A DNA stretch of 64,000 nucleotides from the human T2T-CHM13v2.0 reference genome, Homo sapiens, in NCBI RefSeq assembly GCF_009914755.1, contig NC_060940.1; one strand, given 5' to 3'. Positions 1 to 14,819 of this stretch are shown here, piece by piece (the first letter of the stretch is position 1; every line of letters begins with the position of its first letter). Under the pieces are notes generated by a model. That model ran no database searches, was not told the DNA's origin, and saw only the letters and a list, made by a program, of their open reading frames with translations. Position numbers and translations under genes: made by a program.

Positions 1-128
1 CATGCTCAGGTCTCTTAAGAGTAAGCAGAATCTACCACAGTGTATCCTTAAAGTTAAAAGGCTCTCTGATGGGACTATAAATGAGTCCCAGTTTGATGAA
101 TTCTGGGGCTTTAGCCTTTTCTGCTGTG

Positions 129-603
129 GTATTAGTTTTCTGGGGCTGCTGTAGCAAAGTACCATAAACTGGGTGGCTTGGGACAACAGAAATTTATTGT
201 TTCCAAGTTCTAGAGGCTAGAAGTCTGAAATCAAGGTGTTGGTAGGGCCATACTCCCTTTAAAATGTGTAGGGAAGGACCCTTCCTTGCCTCTTTCAGCT
301 TCTGGTAGCCCTAGATGTTCATTGGCCTGTGGCAGGGTAATTCCAGTCTCTGCCTCCATCTGCACAAGCCATTCTCCCTGTATCTTTTCACATCATCTTC
401 CCTCTATTACTGTTTGTCTCTGTTTTCTGATCTCCTCTTCTTCTAAGGGTGACAGTTTTACTGGGTGAGAGCCCACCTTAATGCCCTCAGTTTAACTCGA
501 TGACCTCTGCAAAGGCCCTGTTTCCAAGTAAGGTGACATTCTGAGGTACTGGGCTTAGGACTTCAACATATCTTTTTGGGGGGACACAATTAGACCAATA
601 GCA
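129..603 (-). mobile_element. MaLR solo LTR, MLT1 family (MLT1C/D-like)
   Basis: gtattagttttctggggctgctgtagcaaagtacca...aagtctgaaatcaaggtgttgg...gggggacacaatt matches the reverse strand of MLT1. Confidence 0.8.
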
Positions 604-659
604 ACTGTGCTATAAAAGAGATGTTGCTTTTTATCATTGATGCTATCCAGATGCATAGC

Positions 660-800
660 AATCATTCAACAAGTCATTCGAAAGAAATAGGTATTTCCTG
701 AGGGTCTAGTATGTAACTCAGCTCTGCTCTAGGACCTGGTGATTACAGCAGTGAACAAAGTGCTCCTGCCTACGTGCAGCTTACTTTCTTATGGAGCATG
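660..800 (-). mobile_element. L2 3' fragment
   Basis: cattcaacaa...tatttcctgag...cagcagtgaacaaag...gcttactttct. Confidence 0.55.
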
Positions 801-3171
801 ATTTTCAGAAGTAATTGTTCTTTTGCCTCGTTATCATCAGACATTAGGAACCAAGGGGGGATTGCCTGCTTTTGGATCACAGAGCAAGCTGCCTTGAGCA
901 AGTGAGTTCGAATTGCAAAGGTGTTTAAGCATAGCTTGGTGGCTGCTTAGTGAGGATGTTGCAGAGGCAATTTAAATGCCGAGCAGGGCTTTGGGTTTGT
1001 GATGGTTAAAGTCCATTTCCACTGCGGAGATGGTATGATTGTACAAATGGACAGGTTCTGGGCCTCTGTCTGTTTTGTCAAGTATACAACACTTCTGTTT
1101 ATCTTTAAAGGGAACAAATAGTGTTTTCACAGGTCTCTGCTTAAATAAAAAGATTCTAGACCACTGGATGTCAACCCCACCATCCCCCTTCTTTTTTTTT
1201 TTTTTTTTTTTGCATCCTGTACTCCTTTGAGAATATAGTGGAACCTCTGGCCCATTCTACAAGGGAAAAATAAATGTATTCCTAGCCAGGCATTTGTGTA
1301 CAATTTTGTAGGGGAGGAAAGGATTGTTCATAGACACTGAATTAAGAAATCCCTACACTTTATGGGAATTGTAATCATTAGTAGCAGTTACGTAGACATA
1401 CTTCCATTAAATACACATACTTGCTTTAGAGAGTGTGTTTATTCATAAAAATTCATTGAATAGGATTAGGAATAAAAATATGCATAGAAATATTTGTTAC
1501 TTTTTCATTGTAATGGTTTTTTTTGGATAGAAATTTATCAGTGTGTAATTAATAAAGTAGTATTGATTTCAGAATTATACGGTGCTAAACAATGGAAATT
1601 TCCTAAATAACTGGCAGGTAATGGAAAAAAAATTCAGTTACTGACAGCCTGTCATAGTTGAATCTAAGAGCTAGGGGCAAAATACATATATTCTATGTAG
1701 TTTCCATTTCTAGACCCTGGATTTCTAAATTCTTCCTTATAAAATTTTAAATTTCTTTTTTTTTTTTTAAAGATGGTGCTCCCTAACTGATTTCCTTCAT
1801 TTTATTATCTCATAACAGATTTGATTTTCACAATGAAGGTAATTATTAAAATGCTTCCTTTGGTAGTCAATAAATATAATTAGTTTAAGAAAACTAGAAA
1901 TATTTGTTATTAGAATTAGGTGAACATCTAAGAGTCTTATTTATGGAAGCAACATGGTCAATATTTATGGAATTGAGTTGAGGCTTTGCAACACTTTCAA
2001 CAGCTTTTTAAAAAGCAAAATAGTTACTGCCTCTGTGGAAATAGAAATTACCCACCTATTATGTAATGAAAAACTAATGTTGGTTTACTTAAAACAAAAC
2101 TGTGTAGCAGTGTGTTATAGCCACAGGAACTCCTCAGCCAAATGTTAAGTTAATGCAATGAAAACATTTGTAAAAACATTATCAAGCTGCAAAAGAACTA
2201 GAAATGCTAGATACTCCCTAGTAGCTGGGTGTTCAAAAACACTTGTCATTCTCACAGTTATATTTGTGGTATCTTAGTGGTCATTCACCTTGGATGTGAT
2301 TCCTCAAGTATGCCAGAAAAGCATCGTCTTGTGCAAGTGTTGTATTTAGGAAGAACTTTGTGTGAAATCATGATTGTGGGTGAATAACTTTAAATAAATA
2401 AATCGTTTTCCTTGATATACAATATTGTGCTACTTTCCACAGAAAGATGGAATCAATGCTCTTGACTGTAATGGAGGTTTACAGTTTTTCTAATTTCTTA
2501 TTTAGGCTGATCTGAGCAAAGATGTTCAAATTTCCACTTATTTAAACAAGATAGAGTTTTTGCTATGTTGAAGGAATATTTTTAGCTTAGTAATTTACTT
2601 AGAAACTGCCTTATTCAATATTCGATGTTAAATTTGAACTAAAACACATAGCATCATATGACATGGAGTCTTACATTCACATTTTGTTGGACTGGAAACA
2701 GAATCAACATATTAGTCATCTTAATTCATTTAAGTTGGCTTTCTCCAGAATTCTAGAATCCAAAAACAACACATTTGTCAGTTTTACACACAAAAGGAGA
2801 GGCAGGATGTAGTTTATAGTTAAACATCCAGCTTTGCAATGAAAAGCCAATGTAGCTATAGCACACTGAATGAAATTCTGGGTGAAACAAACTGTGTAAT
2901 AAGATTTTGATGCATATTGAATACTTAGAAAATTTGTTTTATATTTGTTTTAATGAGATTCTCTTTATATCTGCTTTCATAGAAACTTGTAAATTGTCTA
3001 AAATTAAATTTTCTGTGGTTGTCATCCACATGGGTTCTGAACTTGCTGTTATAATTATTCACATTTTCTTGCAGTGAAAATCTACAGGTCAAGGTCATCT
3101 TCACGTCTTTAGTTCTTGTTTTGCTTCAGGTCAGTTTAGAACCGAATGTTAAAAGGATATTGTCTATTCGA

Positions 3172-3413
3172 AGGGTCAGATTGTGGCACGTGGACCAAAT
3201 CCAGCCCCCCGAGGCCCACTTTTGTAAATCAGGTTTTATTGGAACACGGGTGCTCATCGTTTACATATCGCCCATGGCTGCTTTCACATCATAACAGCAG
3301 AATTGAGTAGCTGTGAGACCCTATGGCCAGCAAAGCCCAAGATATTTACTGCATTTATTTACTGTATTTATGTTTATTCTCTTGCCCTTTACAGAAAAAG
3401 TTTGGCAACCCCT
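3172..3413. mobile_element. MER58A hAT-Charlie DNA transposon
   Basis: ccaaatccagccc...gttttattggaacac...ggctgctttc...cagaattgagtagctgt...ccctttacagaaaaagtttggcaacccctg. Confidence 0.8.
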
Positions 3414-3702
3414 GGTTTATTCTGTTAACATGTTTCCTATATAAGGATTCCTCTAATAAGTTTTCAGAATTATTAAGAAAACAAAGCTCATTCCTCTAAA
3501 AGAATTGGTATGTTTTTTTTTTTTTTTTTTTTTTGGTGGTGGTTGTTTAATGAGGAGGACATTATAAAGTATTATATTTCCTTTCCTTACCTTGGTTGCC
3601 AGGAAGCTCAGAACTTTAAACATTAAAATGTTTAAGTAACCAGCTCACTTCACGTTTCGGATCAGCTTTCTTTTTCTTAACACGGGGATACATTTTCACT
3701 TT

Positions 3703-3865
3703 AAAAAAAAATCAACTTTTTGAAGCATAATTTACATGTTGTAAAACCCATACATTTAAATCATACACATGAAGGTCTTGACAAGTGTGTACACACACAT
3801 AAACCACCACCCCAGTCAAGATAATAGAATATTCACATCTGTAAGAAATTTTCCACCTGCCCCTT
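3703..3865 (-). mobile_element. Old L1M 3' end fragment
   Basis: caactttttgaagcataatttaca...ttgacaagtgtgtacac...accaccaccccagtcaagata. Confidence 0.6.
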
Positions 3866-4192
3866 GGCTCAGGCAATTTGTCAGTCTTACTACTGATTAT
3901 TGCGTTATTTTAAAACCCTGGGTTGTATGCAATTGTCTATTACAAGCTGTTTTAAATAGTTTTCGGTAGTGGCTGGGGCACTAATGATTAATAGTTGAAT
4001 AGCACAGCTGGAGAAGTTAAGATTCATTTATTCTATTTAGTCTTCAGTACAAATTTTTAGGTTTCCATGGGAGAATCTGAGATACAGCTCACATGGAGAG
4101 CCTTTTAGCTAATGTAGCAATAATTAATAAGCTGGATAGCCTGATAGCCTGATGTTTTATTAGGGTGGTGCAAACGTGGTTTTTGCCATTAC

Positions 4193-4624
<432 letters not shown>

Positions 4625-4721
4625 TGCCGTTACTTTTAATGGCAAAGATAATTCTTTTAATAATTAAAATTTGAAATAATTCTTTTAATAAGAATTTGCT
4701 GCTTGCCAAGAGCTCTGCAGT

Positions 4722-4812
4722 TATTTTATTCAATTTTCCTAACAGCTCTTAAGAGTACATCTTATTATTCCCCTTTCACAGATGAGGAAATTGAGGTTCA
4801 CAGAAGTTAAGT
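4722..4812 (-). mobile_element. MIR fragment
   Basis: ttattattcccctttcacagatgaggaaattgaggttcacagaagttaagt is the MIR core. Confidence 0.75.
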
Positions 4813-5732
4813 CTATTAGTTTGCTAGAGCTGCTGTAACAAAGCACCACAAATTGGGTAGCTTAAACAACAAAATTTATTGTCTCATAGTTCTGTAGGCC
4901 AGAAGGTTGAAGTCAAGGTGTTGGCAGGGTTGGTTCCTTCTGAGGACTGGGAGGAGATACCTGTTACAGGCCTCTCTCCTTGGCTTGTAGATGAGTGTAT
5001 TAGGGTTCTCTAGAGGGGCAGAATAGGATAGGTGCATTAATATTTATGAAGGGGAGTTTATTAAGGAGTATTGACTCCCACAATCACAAGCTGAGGGACA
5101 AGGAAGCCAGTTTGAGTCCTCAAACCTCAAAAATAGAGAAGCCGATAGTGTAGCCTTCAGGCTGTGGTCAAAGGCCCCAAGAGCCCCTGGCAAACCACTG
5201 GTGTAAGTCCAAGAGTCCAAAAGCTGAAGAACTTGGAGTCCGATGTTCCAGGGCAGGAAGGATCCAGCATGGGAGAAAGATAAAGGCCGGAAGACTCAGC
5301 AAGTGTGTTGTTCCATCTTCTCCTGCCTGCTTTTCTCTTGGCTCGCTGGCAGCTGATTAGATGGTACCAACCCAAATTGAGGGTGGGTCTGTCTCTCTTC
5401 ATCCGCTGACTTAAATGTTAACCTCCTTTGGAAACACCCGCACAGACACACCCAGGAACAGCACCTTGCATCCTTCAATCCAATCACATTGACACTCAAT
5501 ATTAACCATCTCAGTAGGCTTCTTCGTGTTCACATAGTCTCCTCACCGTGTGCTGTGTCCAGATTTCCCCTTTTCATAAGGACACCAGTCCTATTGGATT
5601 AGGGCTCCCCCATTATGACCTCATTTATCCTTAATTATGACCATAAAGGCCCCATCTCCAAATGCAGTCATGTTGGGGGTTAGGGCTTCAGTGTATGAGT
5701 TTGGGATGGCAGGGGAGCAGTTCAGCTCGTGA
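4813..5732 (-). mobile_element. MLT1 (B/C-like) LTR interrupted by MLT2A
   Basis: tattagtttgctagagctgctgtaacaaag... runs to 4995 and resumes at 5514 (ataaggacaccagtcctattggattaggg...gttagggcttca). Confidence 0.8.
4996..5513 (-). mobile_element. ERVL solo LTR, MLT2A (probably MLT2A2)
   Basis: tgtattagggttctctagagg ... tccttcaatccaatca..ttgacactcaatattaaccatctca; carries the extra gagaagccg...ggtgtaagtccaagagtcc segment I associate with MLT2A2. Confidence 0.85.
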
Positions 5733-7482
5733 GAATCGTAAGATTCCTGATCTGTTTCTCTTCCAAGAAATTGTTTGGTTTCATGTTGATTTTATCTCCT
5801 TTTCCCTATCTGTCTCAAAGCACTGAAGAAAATCAAGTCCCCCTTGCCCTGATAAGGACTTTAAAATGGTGTTTGCTAAAATGGTGTGTGCTTAGGGGCA
5901 GCTTTGAGCCAGATAACAATTCTAGTTGCGCATGCTTCCATAAGCTGTTTACTCTAGGAAGGAGAATCTCTGTTGGGATCTTCTGGGGAGTACTTGCCTC
6001 CCAAGTGCTTAGGCTCCCGCTGCTGACAAGACCCTCTGCCTGGCAAGCCGTGCAGGTTGGAATCCTCTGTTAGGGTTCCAAAGCCTTCACCAACTCAGAG
6101 CTCTTTCTCTCTCTGTTTCTCTTTTTTGAATTTAAATTGATCCTAGTCACAATGTTCACATTACCTATGTTGGGGATCCTACCAAGACCCTCTTTTTGGC
6201 CCAGAAGCAGCAGCGGGGTGAGGGGAATGAAACAAAAATTTATAGCTGTCGAGTCTCCAGAAGTCATGTAAAATCAGCCTCAGCTGGAAGCTCCTCCGTG
6301 CATCCCTCACATTCACACAAGCAGGTGCCTGATCACAGCTGATGGTTAGATTACACGTTTCCTGAGAGGTATAGATTTCAAAATTGGTGTATTTCACCCG
6401 TCCCTCATCATGGTATCCCCAAACAAAATGTTATCAAATGAAGAACTCCTTCCCAGCTCTCCCTTCTGAGTGTCTGATTTTATTCAAGCTCAGATGGCTT
6501 CTCAGATAGCGTAAAAAGTGATGGAGAATTTCTTTTACCAATTGTATGCCCTGTGGGAACCTGGGTGCTGTAATCACTGAATATGTTATAACCAAAAAGG
6601 TCAAACTCGCAATGATTCGGTGTGTTTTGTTCCGTGCATCCTGGCATGTGAAAGAAGTGAGGTAAAGAGTATAATTTACTTCCTTGTTTTAAAGCTAGCA
6701 TTGCCCGTGCCTTCCACGCGGGACTGTTGTGGATATTTGACCACTGCAAGAAAACTCACAGAAGCAGAAACTTAGGGCTTGCTTTAAATGTTATCAGTGT
6801 GAATTGAGATGGTGTCAGCATTATTTTTTTAAAGACCAAAACAACAATAGTAACAAACACACACAAGCCACTGTTAGATTTTACAAAACTTTAAAAAGTA
6901 ATTATCTTAAAGATATCTAAGATAGTGATCTGGTTACATAGATTATCAGAGATACTTTTTTTTTTGATTATCAGAGATACTTTTAAAAAAGCAACTACAA
7001 GGTAAGGATTATCCTTTAATTTAGTGTTTTTCTATTAAACTCAATTTGCTTTAAAGTTTTTTACATTTTGCCTCTTTTTTGTATGTTTGAGTACCACTTC
7101 CTAACCAATCACAATAAATGTCCGGTTTGGAGTTGGAGGAGTCATTGATTTTAGGCAAGGTGATGGTGAGCCCACAGAGCACAGAGTTAATGGAACTCTG
7201 GCCGTTGATGTAGCTTCGAAGCCTGAATTTAAGTCATATTTTTGAAAAGTTGCGTCTTAAAAAGTTACTAGCGATGGAGAATGAAAAGTCAATTTGGACA
7301 CTTTAAAAGTGAGCCTCAAAAAACTGCTGAATTTTCCCAACATTGTGTTTTGAGCACTTCCACGTGACTTTGGTAGCATAAAGACTTTAGTCTTTTCAAG
7401 AGGCAAAGTAATATACCACTTTTCGCTTTTTTAATGGTGAGAGCCAAGGTCAATCTGAATTTTTCTTTTTCTTTCTTCCTTT

Positions 7483-7513
<31 letters not shown>

Positions 7514-8419
7514 GGTGCTTGAATTAGAAAGGTAGCACATTGTCCACATGGACAGTGCAGGATGGGGCTGGCTTTTTCATTTCTGAGAGCTGGCAATGGA
7601 ATGAAGGTCTTTTTTTTTTTTCTTAATTTTTCTTTTTTAAACAATTCCCTCCTAAGCATTTCTTAATTGACAGGGGTGGAAACTATGTTGCCAAGAGGGA
7701 TCACAGCCCTTTTGGTCATTAAGAAAGTCAAGGAACGGGGTCTCTTTGGATGAGTGTGTGCGTGTAGAATCCTGGTGGCTGGCCTGCTTGCTCTAAATCA
7801 TAAAGAACCCTGTCTCGAGCAGACGAGAAAGAGTAACGGAGGCCTCAATGGTGAAAGGAAATCCTGTACCAGCTGTGAAAACAATGAGACACGTTCAGTA
7901 ATAGAATATAGTGTGCTTACAAATTCAGAGTTGGGTTCCCTTCTTCTCTTGAAGTGGCTATAAATTAATTCATCAAAATAAAAAAGGCCAAACTTCAGGA
8001 TAAATCTTTCTACTTCTAAACAACCAGAAACACTTTGGTTGTCTTAGTAGATAGGAGTGTGAGTACAGAATTATACGAAGTGAGACCATGGGTGTGTGTG
8101 TGCACGTGTGTGCGCATGCCTGTGTGTGTCATTGGTTAGTTAACAAAAGGATTGCCCTCTGAAGAACATGAACTTGGGCCAGACAGCACGTGTAGGGGGT
8201 GGAATTATGGAGCAATTGTTACTTTCTTGTATTAAGAAGAAAGGGAGCAAAAGAGCTGTGTCTTCTTGAGAACCTTTAAAAGACACAGAGGTCTCTGCCT
8301 CTAAAAAGCTCCATTACATTTTTTTTTTTAACAGGAGGCCTAAATTTTTTATGTTTTATTTTGTGCTGTTTTATTTTTCTTCCTAAGGTTCTCAGACAAG
8401 TTTATAAAAGTGCCATGTT

Positions 8420-8796
<377 letters not shown>

Positions 8797-8957
8797 TTAT
8801 GTTTTATTTTTTTGAGACAGAATCTGCTCCATCACTCAGGCTGGAGGGCAGTGGCAGGATCGTAGCTCACTGTAACCTCGAATTCCTAAGCTCAAGTGAT
8901 CCTCCTGCCTTGGCCTCCTAAAGTGCTGGGATTATACTTTGAGCCACTGTGCCTGGC
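8797..8957 (-). mobile_element. Monomeric Alu (FAM/FRAM-like or collapsed AluJ)
   Basis: A single ~150-bp unit from gagacag...ggctggag to aaagtgctgggatt...gagccactgtgcctggc. Confidence 0.75.
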
Positions 8958-10172
8958 TGGCCTTTGTGTTGGACGTTAATACAGTTGGTTCTTTAAAGTT
9001 TGACAGTGAAGACTTTTGGAAATTAAAGAAAAAAAATTGAGTATAACTTGTAACGGTCATGGTGTAAAGATCATTTTTTACTGGTTGGAAGTATAGAAGT
9101 GGGGTTAAATTAAGTCTATAATTGTAAACTATTGATGTTGGAAGAACATAGAGAGAAACTTATTCCTGTGGACTGGTGATCCCATCTCACAGCCCTTACA
9201 GATAAATGTTTGTAAAAGCAAAGGACAGTGTTAATTCTGAGCCCCAAGATGAAATATCAAGTAAAAGAGAAGAACATTTGCCAATGCATCACTGTCTGGG
9301 AATGGATTCCATACAGCAGGTAGGTTTATGTAATACAGTAGCTGAAGAGACCTCAATTCTGTGCCTTGATGGGATTACACCGAAGGGAGCACTGGTAGGC
9401 TGTTGATGAAACAGGTGGTATTTGGACCACTTCTCCCTCTTTCCGGACAGCTGCTTAGTAGGTTTAGCTTAAATTATACACATGCCAAGCATGTACACAT
9501 ATGAGAAGCCTATATCTCGTAATATCCACAGAGAATAGATGGCAAATCCCATGATTTGTATTTGACTGACAGTCAAGACCCTGTGGGGTGTGAGCCTGGT
9601 GGGGGCATTCCAGGCTGGTTTCTCCTGCCTCAAGGAGCTGCTTCTAGTGTGTGCTCTTAACCCTAAAGGAAGGAAACACTGTGTCTTCCTCTTCTCTCAT
9701 ACAGAGCCCTTCCCATGACCAATGTGTGGAGTGTTCCCTCCTTTTACGTAATTCTCCAATTTTCTGGACCCCAGCTTGGTGTCCTACAATTCAGTTTTGA
9801 CACTAACGACCCAGAGTCAGCACAGACCCCATGGTTGAGGGCTCAGTCCTACAGGATCATCCCCTACTTCAAATGCCAGTAGCAAGTTCAAGATTGTCAA
9901 GTGCACTTCTGACTCACTGGCTACAAATTGGGGTTCCCACGACCATCTCCTCAGGCTTGATAATTTGCTATAATGGCTCATAAAACTCAGGGAAATATTT
10001 ACTTATGTTTACCTGTTTATGATAAAGGATATTACAAAGAGTACAGATGAAGCGGTACATAGGGCCAGGCATGCGGAGGGGATGTGGAGCTTCCATACCC
10101 CCTCCTGGCATGCCCCTCTCCAGGCACCACATGCTCAGCAATCTGGAAGCTCTCCAAACCCTATCGTTTAGG

Positions 10173-10483
10173 TTTTTGTTGTTGTTGTTTTGAGATAGGG
10201 TCTCGCTCTGTTGCCCAGGCTGCAGTGCAGTGGTGCAATTATGCAATCATGGCTCATTACAGCCAGGACCTCCCAGGCTAAAGCCATCCTCCTGCCTCAG
10301 CTTCCTGAGTAGCTGGGACTACAGTTGCACACCACCATGCCTGGCTAAGTTTTTTTGTTTTGTTTATTAGAGACGAGGTCTCAATATGTCACCCAGGCTG
10401 GTCTTGAACTCCTCAGCTCAAGCAATCCTCCTGCCTCGGCCTCCCAAAGTGCTGAGATTACAGGTGTGAGCCACTGTGCCTCT
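10173..10483 (-). mobile_element. AluJ
   Basis: gagatagggtctcgctctg...ctcctcagctcaagcaatcctcctgcc (J-type); (TTG)n tail. Confidence 0.9.
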
Positions 10484-10633
10484 CCATTTAGGATTCTTAG
10501 AGAGGTTTTGTTACCCTAGGCATGATTACTTAAATCATTGGCCATTGGTGATTAAGTCAATCTCCAGCCCCTCCTCTTCCCCCAAGGTGGGGAATGTGGG
10601 GGTTATCAATTATTCACAACTCTCTAATTGTGA

Positions 10634-10981
<348 letters not shown>

Positions 10982-11119
10982 AATTTCAAGGATTTTAGGA
11001 GCTCTGTGCCAGGAACCTGGATGAAGACCCAATATGTATTTCTTATTATATCACAATATCACAAATCCACAGTCACATGGTGATTGTGGTAGTTTGGGGG
11101 GCCTGATGGTGGGGTACAC

Positions 11120-11335
11120 CTGCTTGAAGTCAGGCTACCATGCCCATTGGGGTCCTCCCCCTTTTTTGCCCTCTGATCTTGTGAGTTCCTTAACATTGGG
11201 GATCAGTGGTTTTTCTCTTACATGAAATGACAATGACACTTTATAGGGTTTCTGTAGAGAACACCTTAGAATTAGTTAATGTGTTTCATAAAGCACATGG
11301 CGTGGTACCCAGCCAAGAGTAACACTCTGAAGTGC
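11120..11335 (+). mobile_element. MIR (degenerate)
   Basis: ttgaagtcagg...tgatcttgtgagttccttaac...aaatgaca...taaagcacatggcgtggtaccc. Confidence 0.45.
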
Positions 11336-11713
11336 TCCTCCTTACCTGGACATTACAGCATCCTTTGTATAAATCAGGATGCTCAGGAAATACCTTGTTT
11401 GGAATAGGAATAGGCTCCTCCCTTTTTTTCTCACTTGCCTTGATTGCTCTGTATTAAAATTCATAAAGGCTCATGAATTATCAATTAGATAGCATTTGGT
11501 TTGTTATTTTTAGTTTCTTCCTATAGCAGGCATGTATGCATGTGTTAAAAATGGAAGTAGCGTCGACATTATGAAATGCACAAGAAGTTTTCCTGCCCCC
11601 AACCGGTAACTCTCTCCTGCAGTAATCAATGTTGGCACCTGTTTAACCACTTTTGTGTCTTACGTGCACGCTGTTCGGTACTTTGACTTTTTTTCTTAAT
11701 ATTATAACATGGA

Positions 11714-12048
<335 letters not shown>

Positions 12049-14819
12049 TCATTTCTCCTCATTCTTTTTAGGTGTAACACAGTATTTTGTCCTATTCATG
12101 CAATATAATTTATATAACCTAATTGATAAAACATTTTGGTTGATTGCAGTCTGTCGTAGATAATGCCGTACTGAATATTCCTCCCACATATTTGCAAGTC
12201 TATTTGTAGGATAAATTTCTGGTTGTGGCTGGGTCAAAGAGCATGTCCACTTCAAATTTGATAGCTATGTCCCAACTGCCCCCAAATATGTTAAGCCATT
12301 TCCTATCCCCCATCCCTCATTAATCTATGAAGTTGCCTGGTTGCCCCACATCTTTACCGACAGGACTGCCGCTCAATGTAGTTACCCTTGTAGAATCTGT
12401 CTGCATGTGCCTGTCTAGGACCATGTTAATTGTAATCTTTGGGCATTTTTCTCACTCATTCCTAACCAGGACTGTCACTGGCAGGTTAAATGAGAACTTA
12501 TTCACCCAGCACAGTGGCAGCACTAGTAGCCAGCCTGGGGTCAGTCTTGCCTCTCGAGAGATCTCATGCAGTCAACTGGGATTTATTGTACAGCTTTACA
12601 AAACATTACGGCCTCAGCCTTGTACTGCCCAAAGCATGCAGATGCCGCCTGGTGTATTTTAAAGATATTCCACATGAACTGACCCGTTTCCCACTTCTTG
12701 AGTTGGTATGTTTTTTTTGATAAATATATTTGAGATGTATTTATGTTATTAGGGCTATTTAGGAAGCTCTGTAGGGATTTGTTGCTTGCTGTATATAACA
12801 CATACTTTTAAAAAGCAGGGCTGGCTATGACTTATTTTTCTCTAGAGAGACCTGTGTAGTTTTGTAAGTTCTTAAGATTTGGCAGCTGTGGATCGTGTTT
12901 AGTAAGCACGATCTCTAACTCTTTGGAACTCAGAACTATGTAATTGAAATGGCCTGGGAGGCAAGTGTGATCATTCAGGTAATCAAAGTAACTACAGAAA
13001 CAGAGGTATGGATTAGCTAGTCATTGCAGATGTGGCATTGAGCATATAAGCGTGGTGTACATCTTAGAACTTCATCTGGAAATGCCTGTGGGGGAGTTGG
13101 ATTTCAAGATCATCGTCAATGTCATGTCACTGTAATTTCATTTACATTAATCAGATTAGTTTGGAAAGTATGGTCTTCCTACTTTTAGGAGGATATAGGA
13201 GAAACTCATCCTTAAAGATAGTAGTCTGTTAATACAAAAACAGTCCCCACATTTGCATTGTCCCCAAATCTAACCCAAGCTGAAAGACATTAGGCCTATC
13301 TTCTTGCTTTATGCATAATGGCAGATCTCCAGGGAGGGAGAGGATGTGTGCTGGAAGATTCTACAACTTGTTGATTGGTTCCTAAAGATCGTTTTAGTGC
13401 TATGTTTGTGGGGCGGGGCTGGAGGGGGCTGGAAATCACCATCTCTGTGGCCTTTTAATTGTGCCCAGTTACAAGTAACATTTGTCCCCAGTGTTTCACA
13501 ATTATAAATTAATAATAACCACCCATTAGAAATTACGGGTATTGTAAGCCCCAACTCCTTTGGGCGTCTTAATAAAAATGATAATTAAAACCATAATTTA
13601 CAGTAAATGGGGACACTGCCCAAGTACATCCACAATATGGAGAAAATTAAAAAACTTAAACCAGAAGGAACCTTCCTGGCATCGGGGAAAGAAGCTGCCT
13701 TTTTCTTAGCTCCTACCTCTGTGGGAGCTTTGTCAGTATTTGAGGGGACAGAGTTCCCACCTTCATGTTTTTTGTGCCTGAGGATTCTGTGGGCGACTGT
13801 CCCCACCTGTCCAGCCTACCAGTGAGTCTCATGGTGTGCGGCTGCCTGCTCCGATGCTCTCCACCACCATGCCCAAGCCATTTCTCCCTTTGTGTTCCCT
13901 GTCTGGGTAAACAACTTGCCAAGCTCACCAGTGGCCCACAGGGCACCTTGGACACCTAGACTTAGGCAGTCCCTGGCTTTGTAGATTTTTTTTGCTTCCT
14001 ACATGATTTTCTAATTTATACCTTGAGCTGCTCGGGATAAGAGGGCACCTCGTCCATTTCTGGCTGGTCACAAGGCCACAGTATCTTGAGCGAGTCCATT
14101 GTGACCACTGGAGGTACTGTAAATGGATAAAATAATAATATGAATAATAACTCATAGTGTTTACTCCCTGCCTAAATCCACAGGCTCCCGCTGCCTACAG
14201 AGGAGTCCCACAGTTTTCGCTTGCTTCATGGAGCTTCATCTCTGTTGTATTCATGTGATTTATTTACACGGAGTTGCTCCCCAATCCTTGATCTTTTTTT
14301 TTTTTTTTTTTTGCCAAGCACCCTGCCTTTTTGCTTGTCTGTTTCGTCTTTATCTCTCCTTCCAGTAAAGTTCTTGGCCCAGAGGTTCTGCTGCCACTCA
14401 ATGACATTTGTGAAATGCAAGGGAGCTTGCACCATGGGTTCAAGCTCCTGCAGATCCCTGAGCCTGCTACCCTTGTGCTTCTCTGTCCACGCAAAGCCAA
14501 GTGCTACTGCGGGGTTTTCCAAGGCATAGCTAGCATCCTAATAGTCTCACACTTGACAGAGTAGGGTTTGACATGGTTTAAATAAAATCTCAACCAGATC
14601 AGTGGGAGATGTTCTTTGAGATTCGGTGATTGAGTTGTGAACATATGGACTGAGGGTGTTTTGTGGTAAGGCTTGAGTCATGTCTGTAGCAAGGATGTTT
14701 CCTGGATAATGTGCACTGAGCATCAAGTGCCTGCAGTGGCCTGGTGGGTAATGCCAGCAGCACGGGTGATGATCATGGTCAACATGACCAACTAGAAAGC
14801 CCAAACCCCACCTCTAGCT

